64,000 nucleotides of DNA, from positions 2,147 through 66,146 of the forward strand of contig JBGALR010000038.1 in the NCBI GenBank assembly GCA_044223735.1, written 5' to 3'. The notes beneath the pieces are model-generated. The model made no database searches, was not told the DNA's origin, and saw nothing but the letters and a program-made list of their open reading frames with translations. Positions 38,015 through 46,014 of the stretch are shown here, piece by piece. The position numbers and the translations under genes were made by a program. This stretch comes from Limisphaerales bacterium (GTDB lineage Bacteria; Verrucomicrobiota; Verrucomicrobiia; Limisphaerales; UBA8199). Numbering within the stretch: position 1 is the first letter of the stretch; the number at the start of each line of letters is the position of its first letter.

Positions 38015-38279
38015 AATTCTGACTCCTCTCCGTCGGATATTGCAAGTTGCTCCGAATTTTGTATGGGAATTGATGCCGGAATTAGTGCGGTTGCACTGCA
38101 GATGGGGTTTTGAGGGAGTGCTTTAAGCTAATTGCGATTCCCAGGCCGGTCCGGAATCAATATTTGAGTGCGGCTAATCCGTAATGGCCGGGGGAGCCGC
38201 GGGTAGAGATCTTTGTGGATATTGTCGATGGCAACCGCTTCTTTCGGGATACACGTTTTGCAATCGGATAAGGCGATTG

Positions 38280-38663
38280 AAGGGGTCGGTCCTAGAATTA
38301 TGACACTTTTGCGCTGGACACGGGTTTCGAGTTCTGTCTAAGCTGGGCGCGCCATGGCCAGGCCGATTCGCATTCAGTATCCGGGCCGGTTGGGATTGAG
38401 CGAAACGGATCTGGAGGAACTGCAGCCGGGCGCAGTGGAGAAAGTGGCTTTGGCGTGGTGGTTGAGGCGACGCACCACGGCATCGTTGCGCTGGGCCACC
38501 GGGCGCTTGCGGATGGGCCACTACAGCCGGGTCAGCCAGGCCGTGAGCCGGATGCAGAACAAACCATCCCGCAAGCTGAAAAAACTGCGGGATCAACTGA
38601 GCCGGGGAAACGAATGACTAGGTCGAGGCAGCCAAAGTGTCATAATTCTAGGACCGACCCCTT
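38280..38663 (+). mobile_element. MITE-like internal-deletion derivative (copy B) of the IS200/RAYT-like element
   Basis: Same inverted repeats as copies A and C. It retains the first 11 codons plus a longer 3' segment (ggcgtggtggttgaggcgacgcaccacgg...) that is identical to the 3' part of copy C. Confidence 0.7.
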
Positions 38664-38664
38664 T

Positions 38665-39042
38665 ATGTGCCAATCGACGGCTTTTGAAAAAGTAAAAATG
38701 AATATCTACGAGGTAATTTATTGGGGGGCAAAGCTGAAGGAAAGGGATGAAGACACTATCTTTTTGGTTCGTGCACCTGATTTCAGAAGCGCAATCGAGG
38801 AGGTGGCAAGGAATGGTTCTTCTTCCGTGATCGGTTCCGATAAAGTGGCACATGTTGTTTTTGAATTGGGAAAAGATCTTTCCGAACCTGCTGATGGCTA
38901 TTCCTCAATTTTGCGAGGTCCTTATTTTCAGTGTGCTTATAATCATGGCTGGCGCGCTTGGCATAGGCAATATGAGGGATCGACCTATACGGACCAGTGG
39001 CGTGAAGAGCCAAAGAACCCGTCGGAAAAAGATTCGCCGTAG
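38665..39042 (+). CDS. Small hypothetical cytoplasmic protein (low-GC orphan; immunity-protein-like size)
   Basis: The ATG sits directly after the right inverted repeat of MITE copy B. About 125 aa, no TM helix, AT-rich. Confidence 0.35.
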   Translation: MCQSTAFEKVKMNIYEVIYWGAKLKERDEDTIFLVRAPDFRSAIEEVARNGSSSVIGSDKVAHVVFELGKDLSEPADGYSSILRGPYFQCAYNHGWRAWHRQYEGSTYTDQWREEPKNPSEKDSP

Positions 39043-39083
39043 GCCCAAGGCGATTAAAAAGCCCGCCGTCACGCCTCGCCCCT

Positions 39084-39608
39084 TCACGGTACGCGAGTGC
39101 GCAGAAGCCAGCCCACTTCCGCGGGAGGCGCATCTTCGTTGAGTTGCGTCAGAATGCCATTGGCCCGTGATTCCTCCACGCTGGTGACTCGCACGAAATC
39201 TTCCGTGTGGCCGGGCTTTCTGGCCCAGAGTTCCATGCCCGGCCGCAACCCCTCTTTAATGCCGGCATCCAAAGAGACCGGTGTATCCCTGAAGAAATCC
39301 TTGGAGCCTTCCGTGATGGGACGCTTTGAGCTGACGCCTGTGGCGGCGATGCGCGCCTCGATTGGCTTGGGCGGAAGGTAGGCGCGAAACTCTGGCGGCA
39401 CCTCGGGCAAGCCCTCGACGAGATTTGTTTCGTCACCCCGCCGCAATAAGAAATGTCCTCGTTCCTTGTGGCGCGGCTCGCGACCTTCTCGGATCTGGTT
39501 AAAGAATTGGATCATTTCGTTCGCCGGGATCAGGTAATGCCGGGCACCCCACGAAATGGGAATCAGTTCGGCTTCGAACCCCGTGAAGGGGACGGTCCTG
39601 AATGGCAC
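39084..39608 (-). CDS. Hypothetical protein
   Basis: 174 aa ORF with ordinary composition. I recognise no motifs. Confidence 0.35.
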   Translation of the reverse strand: MPFRTVPFTGFEAELIPISWGARHYLIPANEMIQFFNQIREGREPRHKERGHFLLRRGDETNLVEGLPEVPPEFRAYLPPKPIEARIAATGVSSKRPITEGSKDFFRDTPVSLDAGIKEGLRPGMELWARKPGHTEDFVRVTSVEESRANGILTQLNEDAPPAEVGWLLRTRVP

Positions 39609-39985
39609 TTAGTTAAGGGTGCGGTAATTTCGTGGTTTGGCTTTCCAATGGCGATTTCGGTGTGGGATTTCACGAAACTGGTGACGTGGTCGGTTGAGCA
39701 AGGGGTACTGTTTTGGTCGGCGTTTGAGTGCGCGGGGTTCGCGCCGTCCCGGGCGAAGAGGCACCAGGTCACGGGCAAGGTTAAGGAGGAGATCGAGCCA
39801 GAGTTCTCGTCGGCATTTTTGGTTGGGAGCTCGATCCAGCGCGGCGCTGAATTGGCGCAATCCGTCCAGGGCTCCTTTGAAACTGAGGCGGTCGAGCTGG
39901 GCGTGGAACTGCGCCACCGACTCGGCCATGAGGCAGCGGACCAAATTGTGGGCGATCAGGTAGGCCAGCAGTTCCTTTTCCGCCA
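39609..39985 (-). pseudogene. C-terminal fragment of an IS4/IS5-superfamily DDE transposase (remnant)
   Basis: ...AEKELLAYLIAHNLVRCLMAESVAQ...RPGRREPRALKRRPKQYPLLNRPR... resembles the conserved C-terminal region of IS4-family transposases. The fragment begins exactly at the left end of element copy C. The rest of the track ORF 39609-40601 is antisense to copy C. Confidence 0.4.
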
Positions 39986-39993
39986 TGGCTGTG

Positions 39994-40625
39994 AAGGGGT
40001 CGGTCCTATAATTATGACACTTTTGCGCTGGACAGAGATTTCGATGTCCGTTTAGATTAGGGCACCATGGCCAGGCCGATTCGCATTCAGTATCCGGGGG
40101 CGGTGTATCACGTGATGGCGCGGGGCAATCACGGACAGAAAATCTTTGCCGATGACGCCGATCGCAAAACATTCCTCTCGGCGCTGGCGGAGGCGTGCGC
40201 CAAGACCCGCTGGCGCATTCACGCTTACGTCCTGATGGCCAACCACTACCACCTGCTGCTCCAGACACCCGAACCCAATCTCGTGGACGGCATGAAATGG
40301 CTGCAGGGCGTTTACACGTTGCACCACAATTCGCGGCACAAGGTCCGGGGACATCTCTTTCAGGGACGTTACAAGGCCATTCCGGTGGAAACTGCGGACG
40401 GCACCGGGGATTATTTCGGCGTGGTGGTTGAGGCGACGCACCACGGTATCGTTGCGCTGGGCCACCGGGCGGTTGCGGATGGGCCACTACAGCCGGGTCA
40501 GCCAGGCCGTGAGCCGGATGCAGACCAAACCATCCCGCAAGCTGAAAAAACTGCGGGATCAACTGAACCGGGGAAACGAATGACCAGGTCGAGGCAGCCA
40601 AAGTGTCATAATTCTAGGACCCCTT
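39994..40625 (+). mobile_element. IS200/IS605-superfamily (RAYT-like) element, copy C, with ~29 bp terminal inverted repeats
   Basis: Inverted repeats aaggggtcggtcctataattatgacactt ... aagtgtcataattctaggac(cgac deleted)ccctt. It carries the longest tnpA remnant. Confidence 0.75.
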
Positions 40626-40666
40626 TACAATTAACGGCACCTCGCCTTGCGCCTTGCGATATTTGA
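40067..40666 (+). CDS. tnpA: Y1 HuH (IS200/RAYT-type) tyrosine transposase, N-terminal catalytic half only
   Basis: MARPIRIQYPGAVYHVMARGNHGQKIFADDADRKTFLSALAEACAKTRWRIHAYVLMANHYHLLLQTPE...GHLFQGRYKAI has the HuH motif HYHLLL and the GRYKA Tyr motif. After about residue 110 the ORF runs into the 3' subterminal repeat, and its stop lies outside the element. It is therefore probably non-functional. Confidence 0.7.
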   Translation: MARPIRIQYPGAVYHVMARGNHGQKIFADDADRKTFLSALAEACAKTRWRIHAYVLMANHYHLLLQTPEPNLVDGMKWLQGVYTLHHNSRHKVRGHLFQGRYKAIPVETADGTGDYFGVVVEATHHGIVALGHRAVADGPLQPGQPGREPDADQTIPQAEKTAGSTEPGKRMTRSRQPKCHNSRTPLQLTAPRLAPCDI

Positions 40667-40705
40667 AGTCCTGAAATTCCTGGTCGCGTGAATTGTCCTG
40701 ATGCC

Positions 40706-41902
40706 TTAAAAAAGATGCGTTATGCGCATTGCAAAGATGGCAAACAACAATCCGACCAGCCCCGAAAACATCGTCCCATTCCACGCCATGGTAGCCGCTG
40801 CCGCCGGCCGGGGGAAATCGGGCGTCACGCCAGCCGCCAAAATCCGGTCATAAAGATGCGGATGGGTCGTCCGGTTCTTCGCGGTGACGGCCGGCAGGAG
40901 GTTATCTGCATAGAGCCGGGTCAGGGCGCGGGCATAAGTTCCCGCATCACCCTGATGGTCTGTGGCCATCAGGTCCGCCCGTGATTCCAGCTTCCGGCTG
41001 ATGCTTCGGTAAATGCGGGGAACGCCGAGAGTGACTAGGAGCAACCCGTAAAAGGCAAAAAGGCCAAAGGCGTGCAGCAACGGATTGAAGAACATCCACG
41101 GTAGAAATGACATCATTTGGATGGAGCGTGAATATCGGGATGTCCTTGATTCGGTGAGGTGCGCCAATTCATGAGCGCAGACACTGGCAATTTCATCATC
41201 GGAGAGCAATTCGAGCAACCGTTCCGTGAATAACAGCTGGCGTGTGTGCGGAAGCGCGGCGGCTTGGGCCATGGGGGAACGCATCAATACGACTTCACGA
41301 AACGGAACTTTCATTCTGGTGGAAGTATCGCGGGCAATTTTCTCCAATCGCTCGGTGGCCGGTTGGAACCAGCCGAGCATTTTGCCAAACCAAATCAGAC
41401 CGCCACGCACCCAAATCACCCATAAAACAACCACCGTCCCGCCAATTCCCAGCGCCATTGGATTGAACTCGTCCGGCATGAATACCGCCGCGCCGAGGAA
41501 TACGAACCAGATCAGAAACCGCAACAGGATGCCAATGCCCACTGAACGCAGCAGTTCACGCATCGGAATGCGTGGGAAAAGCTCGTGATCGAAGGGCAAC
41601 GTTCCGGCGTGGGCGCCTAAAACTGAAACCATGCCAGTGAACAACCAAAGCGGTGACGAATCCGGCCATAACAGCAACACAGCCAGCGTGAGAACGCCCG
41701 GAACCGTCAGGAGATTGGACCGCGCCGCGACGCTGACCGGATACACCAACCGCGCCTGTTCAGACCAATGCGTGTCCTGGCTGCGTCGCCAGGGAATTAA
41801 CGCCAGCCAATTCGTAATAAAGGTCAAGCCCGCTGCCAGCAAGCCCGCGCCGATGATGATCATCCCATTCAAGCTTGGTGGAGTAAAACAACCGGCAGGC
41901 AA
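40706..41902 (-). CDS. M48-family (HtpX/Ste24-like) integral membrane zinc metallopeptidase
   Basis: Multiple TM helices, HExxH motif (CAHELAHL), and a downstream Glu-rich segment, as in peptidase M48/M56. Confidence 0.75.
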   Translation of the reverse strand: MPAGCFTPPSLNGMIIIGAGLLAAGLTFITNWLALIPWRRSQDTHWSEQARLVYPVSVAARSNLLTVPGVLTLAVLLLWPDSSPLWLFTGMVSVLGAHAGTLPFDHELFPRIPMRELLRSVGIGILLRFLIWFVFLGAAVFMPDEFNPMALGIGGTVVVLWVIWVRGGLIWFGKMLGWFQPATERLEKIARDTSTRMKVPFREVVLMRSPMAQAAALPHTRQLLFTERLLELLSDDEIASVCAHELAHLTESRTSRYSRSIQMMSFLPWMFFNPLLHAFGLFAFYGLLLVTLGVPRIYRSISRKLESRADLMATDHQGDAGTYARALTRLYADNLLPAVTAKNRTTHPHLYDRILAAGVTPDFPRPAAAATMAWNGTMFSGLVGLLFAIFAMRITHLF

Positions 41903-41989
41903 AAGCTAAAGCGGAAACCTTACTCTGCATAAGCCGAATCAGGACAACGCGCCATGCAGGATAGGGGGACTCATGTCATTTTTGAGCGT

Positions 41990-42340
41990 TGATAATTCGC
42001 ATGCGGGAAAGAGGCCGCCCTACCACCTCGAAGTTCCCTTACGATCTCGCGACCCGATGCCCCTAATTTAATGCCGAAATCGAGGGCTCACAATTTGACC
42101 AGGAAATGACTGCGGTGGTAGGGCGAGCTCTCCGAGCGCGCCGCGATAGAAAAGTGTTCCCCGGCGGTCTCCGCGACCGCCCAAATATTTCCGTGAAACG
42201 CTTCGTCCCGGAAATTTGGATGCTTGTGACTAAATGCCTGTGGAGCATCAGGAATAATCGGAACGCGGCCACCGGAATGGGGGCAAGCTTGCAATCATTC
42301 CATGGCCGGGCAAACATTGGAGCAGGTTAGAAACGGGACG
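41990..42340 (+). repeat. Structured repeat family, copy 3, preceded by a ~40 nt remnant of the copy-1 3' arm
   Basis: 41990-42029 (cgcatgcgggaaagaggccgccctaccacctcgaagttc) matches the 3' end of copy 1. 42058-42340 matches copy 2 over its full length. It is in direct orientation relative to copy 2 and brackets the 34.1-42.0 kb island. Confidence 0.6.
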
Positions 42341-42347
42341 GCTAAAA

Positions 42348-43562
42348 TCATTTTGCCGTTTTTTTGATGGCTCCGGCCTCCTTTAGCAATTTCAATGTCG
42401 GACCCAATGGCAATGCTTCCACCGTACCCTGAAAACCTCGCACGGTTTCAGCGCGAAACATGGAGTCATAAATCGCCTCTTCCGTAGCGTCGGCCACCGC
42501 CTTGAACAGCGGCGACATCCGGGCATTTGAGATCTCCTTGAAATTGTGAATTTCCGCATCGAATTGCCTTCGGCACCCGGCGGCGGTGGAAAAAGCGATA
42601 GCGTAGTCGCCCGACCCGTTGGACATGCTTGAACCCGTCCGCGCCAATCCAACCATCGCGCGCGATGCAAGCCGTTCGAGGTTGCGGGAACTTAGCGGAG
42701 CATCAGTCGCCACCACGATCATAATGCTGCCGTTGCCGGAATTGTTTCCTGGTTCGCGCCGCAACAATTCACGCTCCACATGAACCCCATCAATGGATAG
42801 TTCTCCGCCAAAATTACTCTGCACCAGCACGCCAACAGCATAGCCCCCGGATTCTTTCGGCAGCAGGCGCGAACTGGTGCCAATGCCGCCTTTCCAACCA
42901 AAGGCGACCGTTCCAGCGCCCGCACCGACGCAGCCCTCTTCCACCACACCGTTGGTCGCGTTTTCCAAGGCGTTAAAGACGTCCTCTGCGCGAATGGGCC
43001 GGGCGCGAATGTCATTTAGCAGGCCGTCGTTCGTTTCGCCGACCAACGGGTTGATGGAACGCACGTCCGCCATGCCCGGTTGCGCGAGCAGCCACGAGAC
43101 CATCGCGTCGGCAACTTTCCAGACACTCAACGTCCCCGTCAGCACAATAGGCGTTTCCAGTTCACCCATTTCCCTGACCTGGGTGATGCCCAGTAATTTA
43201 CCATATCCGTTGCCGACAAAAATTGCGGCGGGCACACGCTCCTTAAACACGTTTCCGCCGTGCGGAAAAATTGTCGTGACCCCAGTATGAAATCGTTCAC
43301 CGTCAATGACACTCACCTGGCCGACGCGCACGCCGGCCACGTCCGTGATCGCGTTTAACGGGCCAGTCGGCAACGTGCCAATTACAATTCCAGCTTCGCG
43401 CGCACGTGGCCGCGGTTCAGGCAGTGCTCCATTCGTAGGCAGGGAAACTCCGAGGACCGTGACGAAAGCGCAGACAAGTTGAAAGCGGAGCGCGACGCAT
43501 TTTTTCATAAAACTTGGTTGCGTCCCAACCGCGGGCGCGCGATTGACGACGGGGAGGCTCAC
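42348..43562 (-). CDS. DmpA/OAT-family (peptidase S58) L-aminopeptidase / D-Ala-esterase-amidase
   Basis: Signal peptide, ...GIVIGTLPTGPLNAITDVAGVRVGQVSVIDGERFHTGVTTIF..., ...GAGAGTVAFGWKGGIGTSSR..., the P1/DmpA self-processing family pattern. Confidence 0.75.
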   Translation of the reverse strand: MSLPVVNRAPAVGTQPSFMKKCVALRFQLVCAFVTVLGVSLPTNGALPEPRPRAREAGIVIGTLPTGPLNAITDVAGVRVGQVSVIDGERFHTGVTTIFPHGGNVFKERVPAAIFVGNGYGKLLGITQVREMGELETPIVLTGTLSVWKVADAMVSWLLAQPGMADVRSINPLVGETNDGLLNDIRARPIRAEDVFNALENATNGVVEEGCVGAGAGTVAFGWKGGIGTSSRLLPKESGGYAVGVLVQSNFGGELSIDGVHVERELLRREPGNNSGNGSIMIVVATDAPLSSRNLERLASRAMVGLARTGSSMSNGSGDYAIAFSTAAGCRRQFDAEIHNFKEISNARMSPLFKAVADATEEAIYDSMFRAETVRGFQGTVEALPLGPTLKLLKEAGAIKKTAK

Positions 43563-43571
43563 AAAGGCAGA

Positions 43572-44561
43572 TTAAACCGGGATCTTCGCTTGGCGAGAAA
43601 AAACGCGGAGATGCTTATTCCGCATTACATAATCAGCAACGTATTCGCGGAATGATGCCTGCAATTGCGCCGTGACTGTGTCCGGTCCCAGCGCGAAGCG
43701 TACGTCATCAATCGCATTGACCGGACAGATTTCCTTCGTAGTGCTGACCACAAAACACTCGCTGAAAGTCGAAAGCTCCTCTGGACGAATGGCGGCCTCC
43801 TTCATGGTCACTCCGGCACCGCGCGCCACGGGTCCCAATACTGCGGCGCGGGTAATTCCTTCGAGCAGTCCAGCCGTTAACGGCGGCGTGCAGGCAATAT
43901 GGTCGCGAACCAAAAAAATATTCGACACGGCGGACTCACAGATTTCCCCCGAAAGATTGGTCATTAGGACCTCATCCGCACCGGCGGCGATGGCTTCGCG
44001 CAGGCAAAGAATATTATTCAGGTAATTGCCCGTCTTCCACAGAGGATTGAGCGTGGATGGGTGGTTGCGGCGCAAGGTTTTTGCCACGGCGAGTTTCAGG
44101 CCCCGAGCGGACTCTTCGGAAGACATTCCTTTCAAGTGTTGAACGAGCAGAACGTAATCGGGATTATCCGCGAGCCGGGAGTTGAGTCCGATGGCGCCCG
44201 CACCGCGCGAGACTTGCAACCGAATATACAGTTCTCCGATCGCGGTCGATTTGCGGAAGAAGGCGCGAACCGTGCGGCGGATCTCATTGAACATTTCGGC
44301 CTGCGTAAAGGGGAGGCTGAATCCCAGCGCCAGGGCAGACCGTTCCAGCCGCAACCAATGCTCTTCCCAGGCAAAGAGAATCCCGTCATACGTCCGCCAC
44401 ACTTCGTAGATGGCATCACCGTAAAGAAAACCGCGATCCAGTGGCGAAATGCTAGGTTTGGTCGCGGCGCTCAGTTTGCCATTTGTGTTGGCCTGGATGT
44501 AGTTGGAATTCATCGGAATTGAGTCTCGGATGGAGCGGGTATTTTGAGGCGGGGATTTCAA
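43572..44561 (-). CDS. Class IV (D-amino-acid / branched-chain) aminotransferase-fold PLP enzyme
   Basis: ...LDRGFLYGDAIYEVWRTYDG..., ...VSNIFLVRDH...TPPL...LEGITR... fold-type IV signature. Confidence 0.8.
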   Translation of the reverse strand: MKSPPQNTRSIRDSIPMNSNYIQANTNGKLSAATKPSISPLDRGFLYGDAIYEVWRTYDGILFAWEEHWLRLERSALALGFSLPFTQAEMFNEIRRTVRAFFRKSTAIGELYIRLQVSRGAGAIGLNSRLADNPDYVLLVQHLKGMSSEESARGLKLAVAKTLRRNHPSTLNPLWKTGNYLNNILCLREAIAAGADEVLMTNLSGEICESAVSNIFLVRDHIACTPPLTAGLLEGITRAAVLGPVARGAGVTMKEAAIRPEELSTFSECFVVSTTKEICPVNAIDDVRFALGPDTVTAQLQASFREYVADYVMRNKHLRVFSRQAKIPV

Positions 44562-44840
44562 GAGCCTGGGTTATGCTGATTTCGGAAATTCGCGCTCACC
44601 CCTCACGCCTTGGATGGCTAAAATCAGAAGTCCGACCGCTAAATATATTTCGGAGTCGTGCACATCAAGAATTTGTCGCCCGGGCAATTATTAAAGAGTT
44701 CGTTTGTATCTGGACATCAAAAATCGCAAATCCGCTTGGAAATCAAAGTTTTTTAAAGCGAGATGCCATATTGACGCAGCCCCTTAAAAACCAGCGTGTC
44801 CGCCGTAATCTGTCGGCTATCCGTTAACACTACGGAGCCT

Positions 44841-45027
44841 AAGGGCCTGGAGTTATGACGCTTTTATGCCGGACAATGTCTTCGAGTTGCGTTTGAGTTG
44901 GGGCGGTTTATCACGAGCAGGCGCGTGGAACCGCGGGCAGAAATCTTTGTCCATGATGGCGATCACAAAAGGTTCGCCAGGCATTACCGCCTCGCGCGGC
45001 TGAAGTCGCAAACGGCTGTCACCCCTT
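44841..45027 (+). mobile_element. Degraded relic of a fourth, more divergent IS200/RAYT-like element copy
   Basis: aagggcctgg-agttatgacgcttttatgccggacaatgtcttcgagttgcg... aligns with the left end of copy C. ...gtttatcacgagcaggcgcgtggaaccgcgggcagaaatctttg... aligns with the AVYHVMARGNHGQKIF coding region but contains a stop. The right end is ...aagtcgcaaacggctgtcacccctt. Confidence 0.4.
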
Positions 45028-46008
45028 CATCCGGCTCTGGCGCAGCAGATCCAGACCGACGGCGATGATGATGACGATGCCGATGATGATTTCCTGGGTG
45101 AAATTTTGCCAGCCCATCTGGTTTGAGCCGTTGCGGAGAACGGCCATGATCAACGCTCCGATCATCGAGCCCAAAATGCTCCCGGTGCCGCCGCTCAGGC
45201 TGGCTCCGCCGATGACCACGGCGGCGATGATGTCGAGTTCGAGGCCGACGGCGACGGTGGGGTCGCCGATGGTGAGTCGCGAGACTTGCATGAGACCCGC
45301 CAGGCCGAACAGCAGGCCTGCCAGGGAATAGATCACAACCTTTTGCAGCGGGACGCGGATGCCGCACAGGCGCGCGGTGGCTTCGTTCGAGCCGATGGCG
45401 AAAATGTAACGTCCGAAAACGGTTTGTCGCATCACGACGAATACGAGGATGGCGAGCACGATGGCGATCCAGACGCCGGGCGGCAGCGGGAACAACCGGT
45501 CCGGCTTCGCGATGGCCATCAGTTGCGTGATTTTCGCTCCGGGCGGCAGCAGGACGGTCTGGTTGCCCGCGAGCCATTTCGCGGAGCCGCGCAGTATCCC
45601 CATCATTCCCAAGGTCACGATGAATGGCGGCATGCGAAAGCCGGCGATGACGAGTCCGTTGAGCAGGCCGGTGATGCCGCCCGTCAGCACCGTTGCCATG
45701 ACGGCGGTGGCGGTGGAGCAACCTTTGACGAGCAACGTTGCGGCGACAATGCCGGTCAACGCGACGGCCGAGCCCACGCTCAAATCAATGCCGCCACTGA
45801 CGATGATCATCGTCATGCCGAGCGCGCCGATGGCCACGATGACGGTTTGCGTCAGGATGATCTTGAAATTTCCTCCCGTGAACAGGTAGGGACGCACCTC
45901 CGAACTCAGCGAAAAAAGTCCAAGCACGAGCAACAGACCGATGAAAGGTCCGGCCACGTTCAAGACGCGAATGGGGTTAAGACGTTTTGGGGTAGCGGAA
46001 GCGTTCAT
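45019..46008 (-). CDS. Sugar ABC transporter permease (RbsC/branched-chain permease family)
   Basis: About 10 TM helices and the typical permease motifs of the ribose/xylose family. It lies directly downstream of the ATPase gene. Confidence 0.85.
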   Translation of the reverse strand: MNASATPKRLNPIRVLNVAGPFIGLLLVLGLFSLSSEVRPYLFTGGNFKIILTQTVIVAIGALGMTMIIVSGGIDLSVGSAVALTGIVAATLLVKGCSTATAVMATVLTGGITGLLNGLVIAGFRMPPFIVTLGMMGILRGSAKWLAGNQTVLLPPGAKITQLMAIAKPDRLFPLPPGVWIAIVLAILVFVVMRQTVFGRYIFAIGSNEATARLCGIRVPLQKVVIYSLAGLLFGLAGLMQVSRLTIGDPTVAVGLELDIIAAVVIGGASLSGGTGSILGSMIGALIMAVLRNGSNQMGWQNFTQEIIIGIVIIIAVGLDLLRQSRMKG

Positions 46009-46014
46009 GAAAAC

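Noticed and set aside
39609-40601. 330 aa minus-strand ORF spanning element copy C, plus similar minus-strand ORFs over copies A (36691-36954) and B (38174-38596) that all begin MAASTWSFVSPVQLIPQFFQLAGW / MIPQFFQLAGW
   Set aside because: These are antisense read-throughs of the repeated nucleotide sequence. They recur only because the DNA is repeated, their composition is Pro/Arg/Gly-rich, and the sense strand carries the recognisable Y1 transposase. Only the 39609-39985 part has transposase-like sequence (IS4-like).
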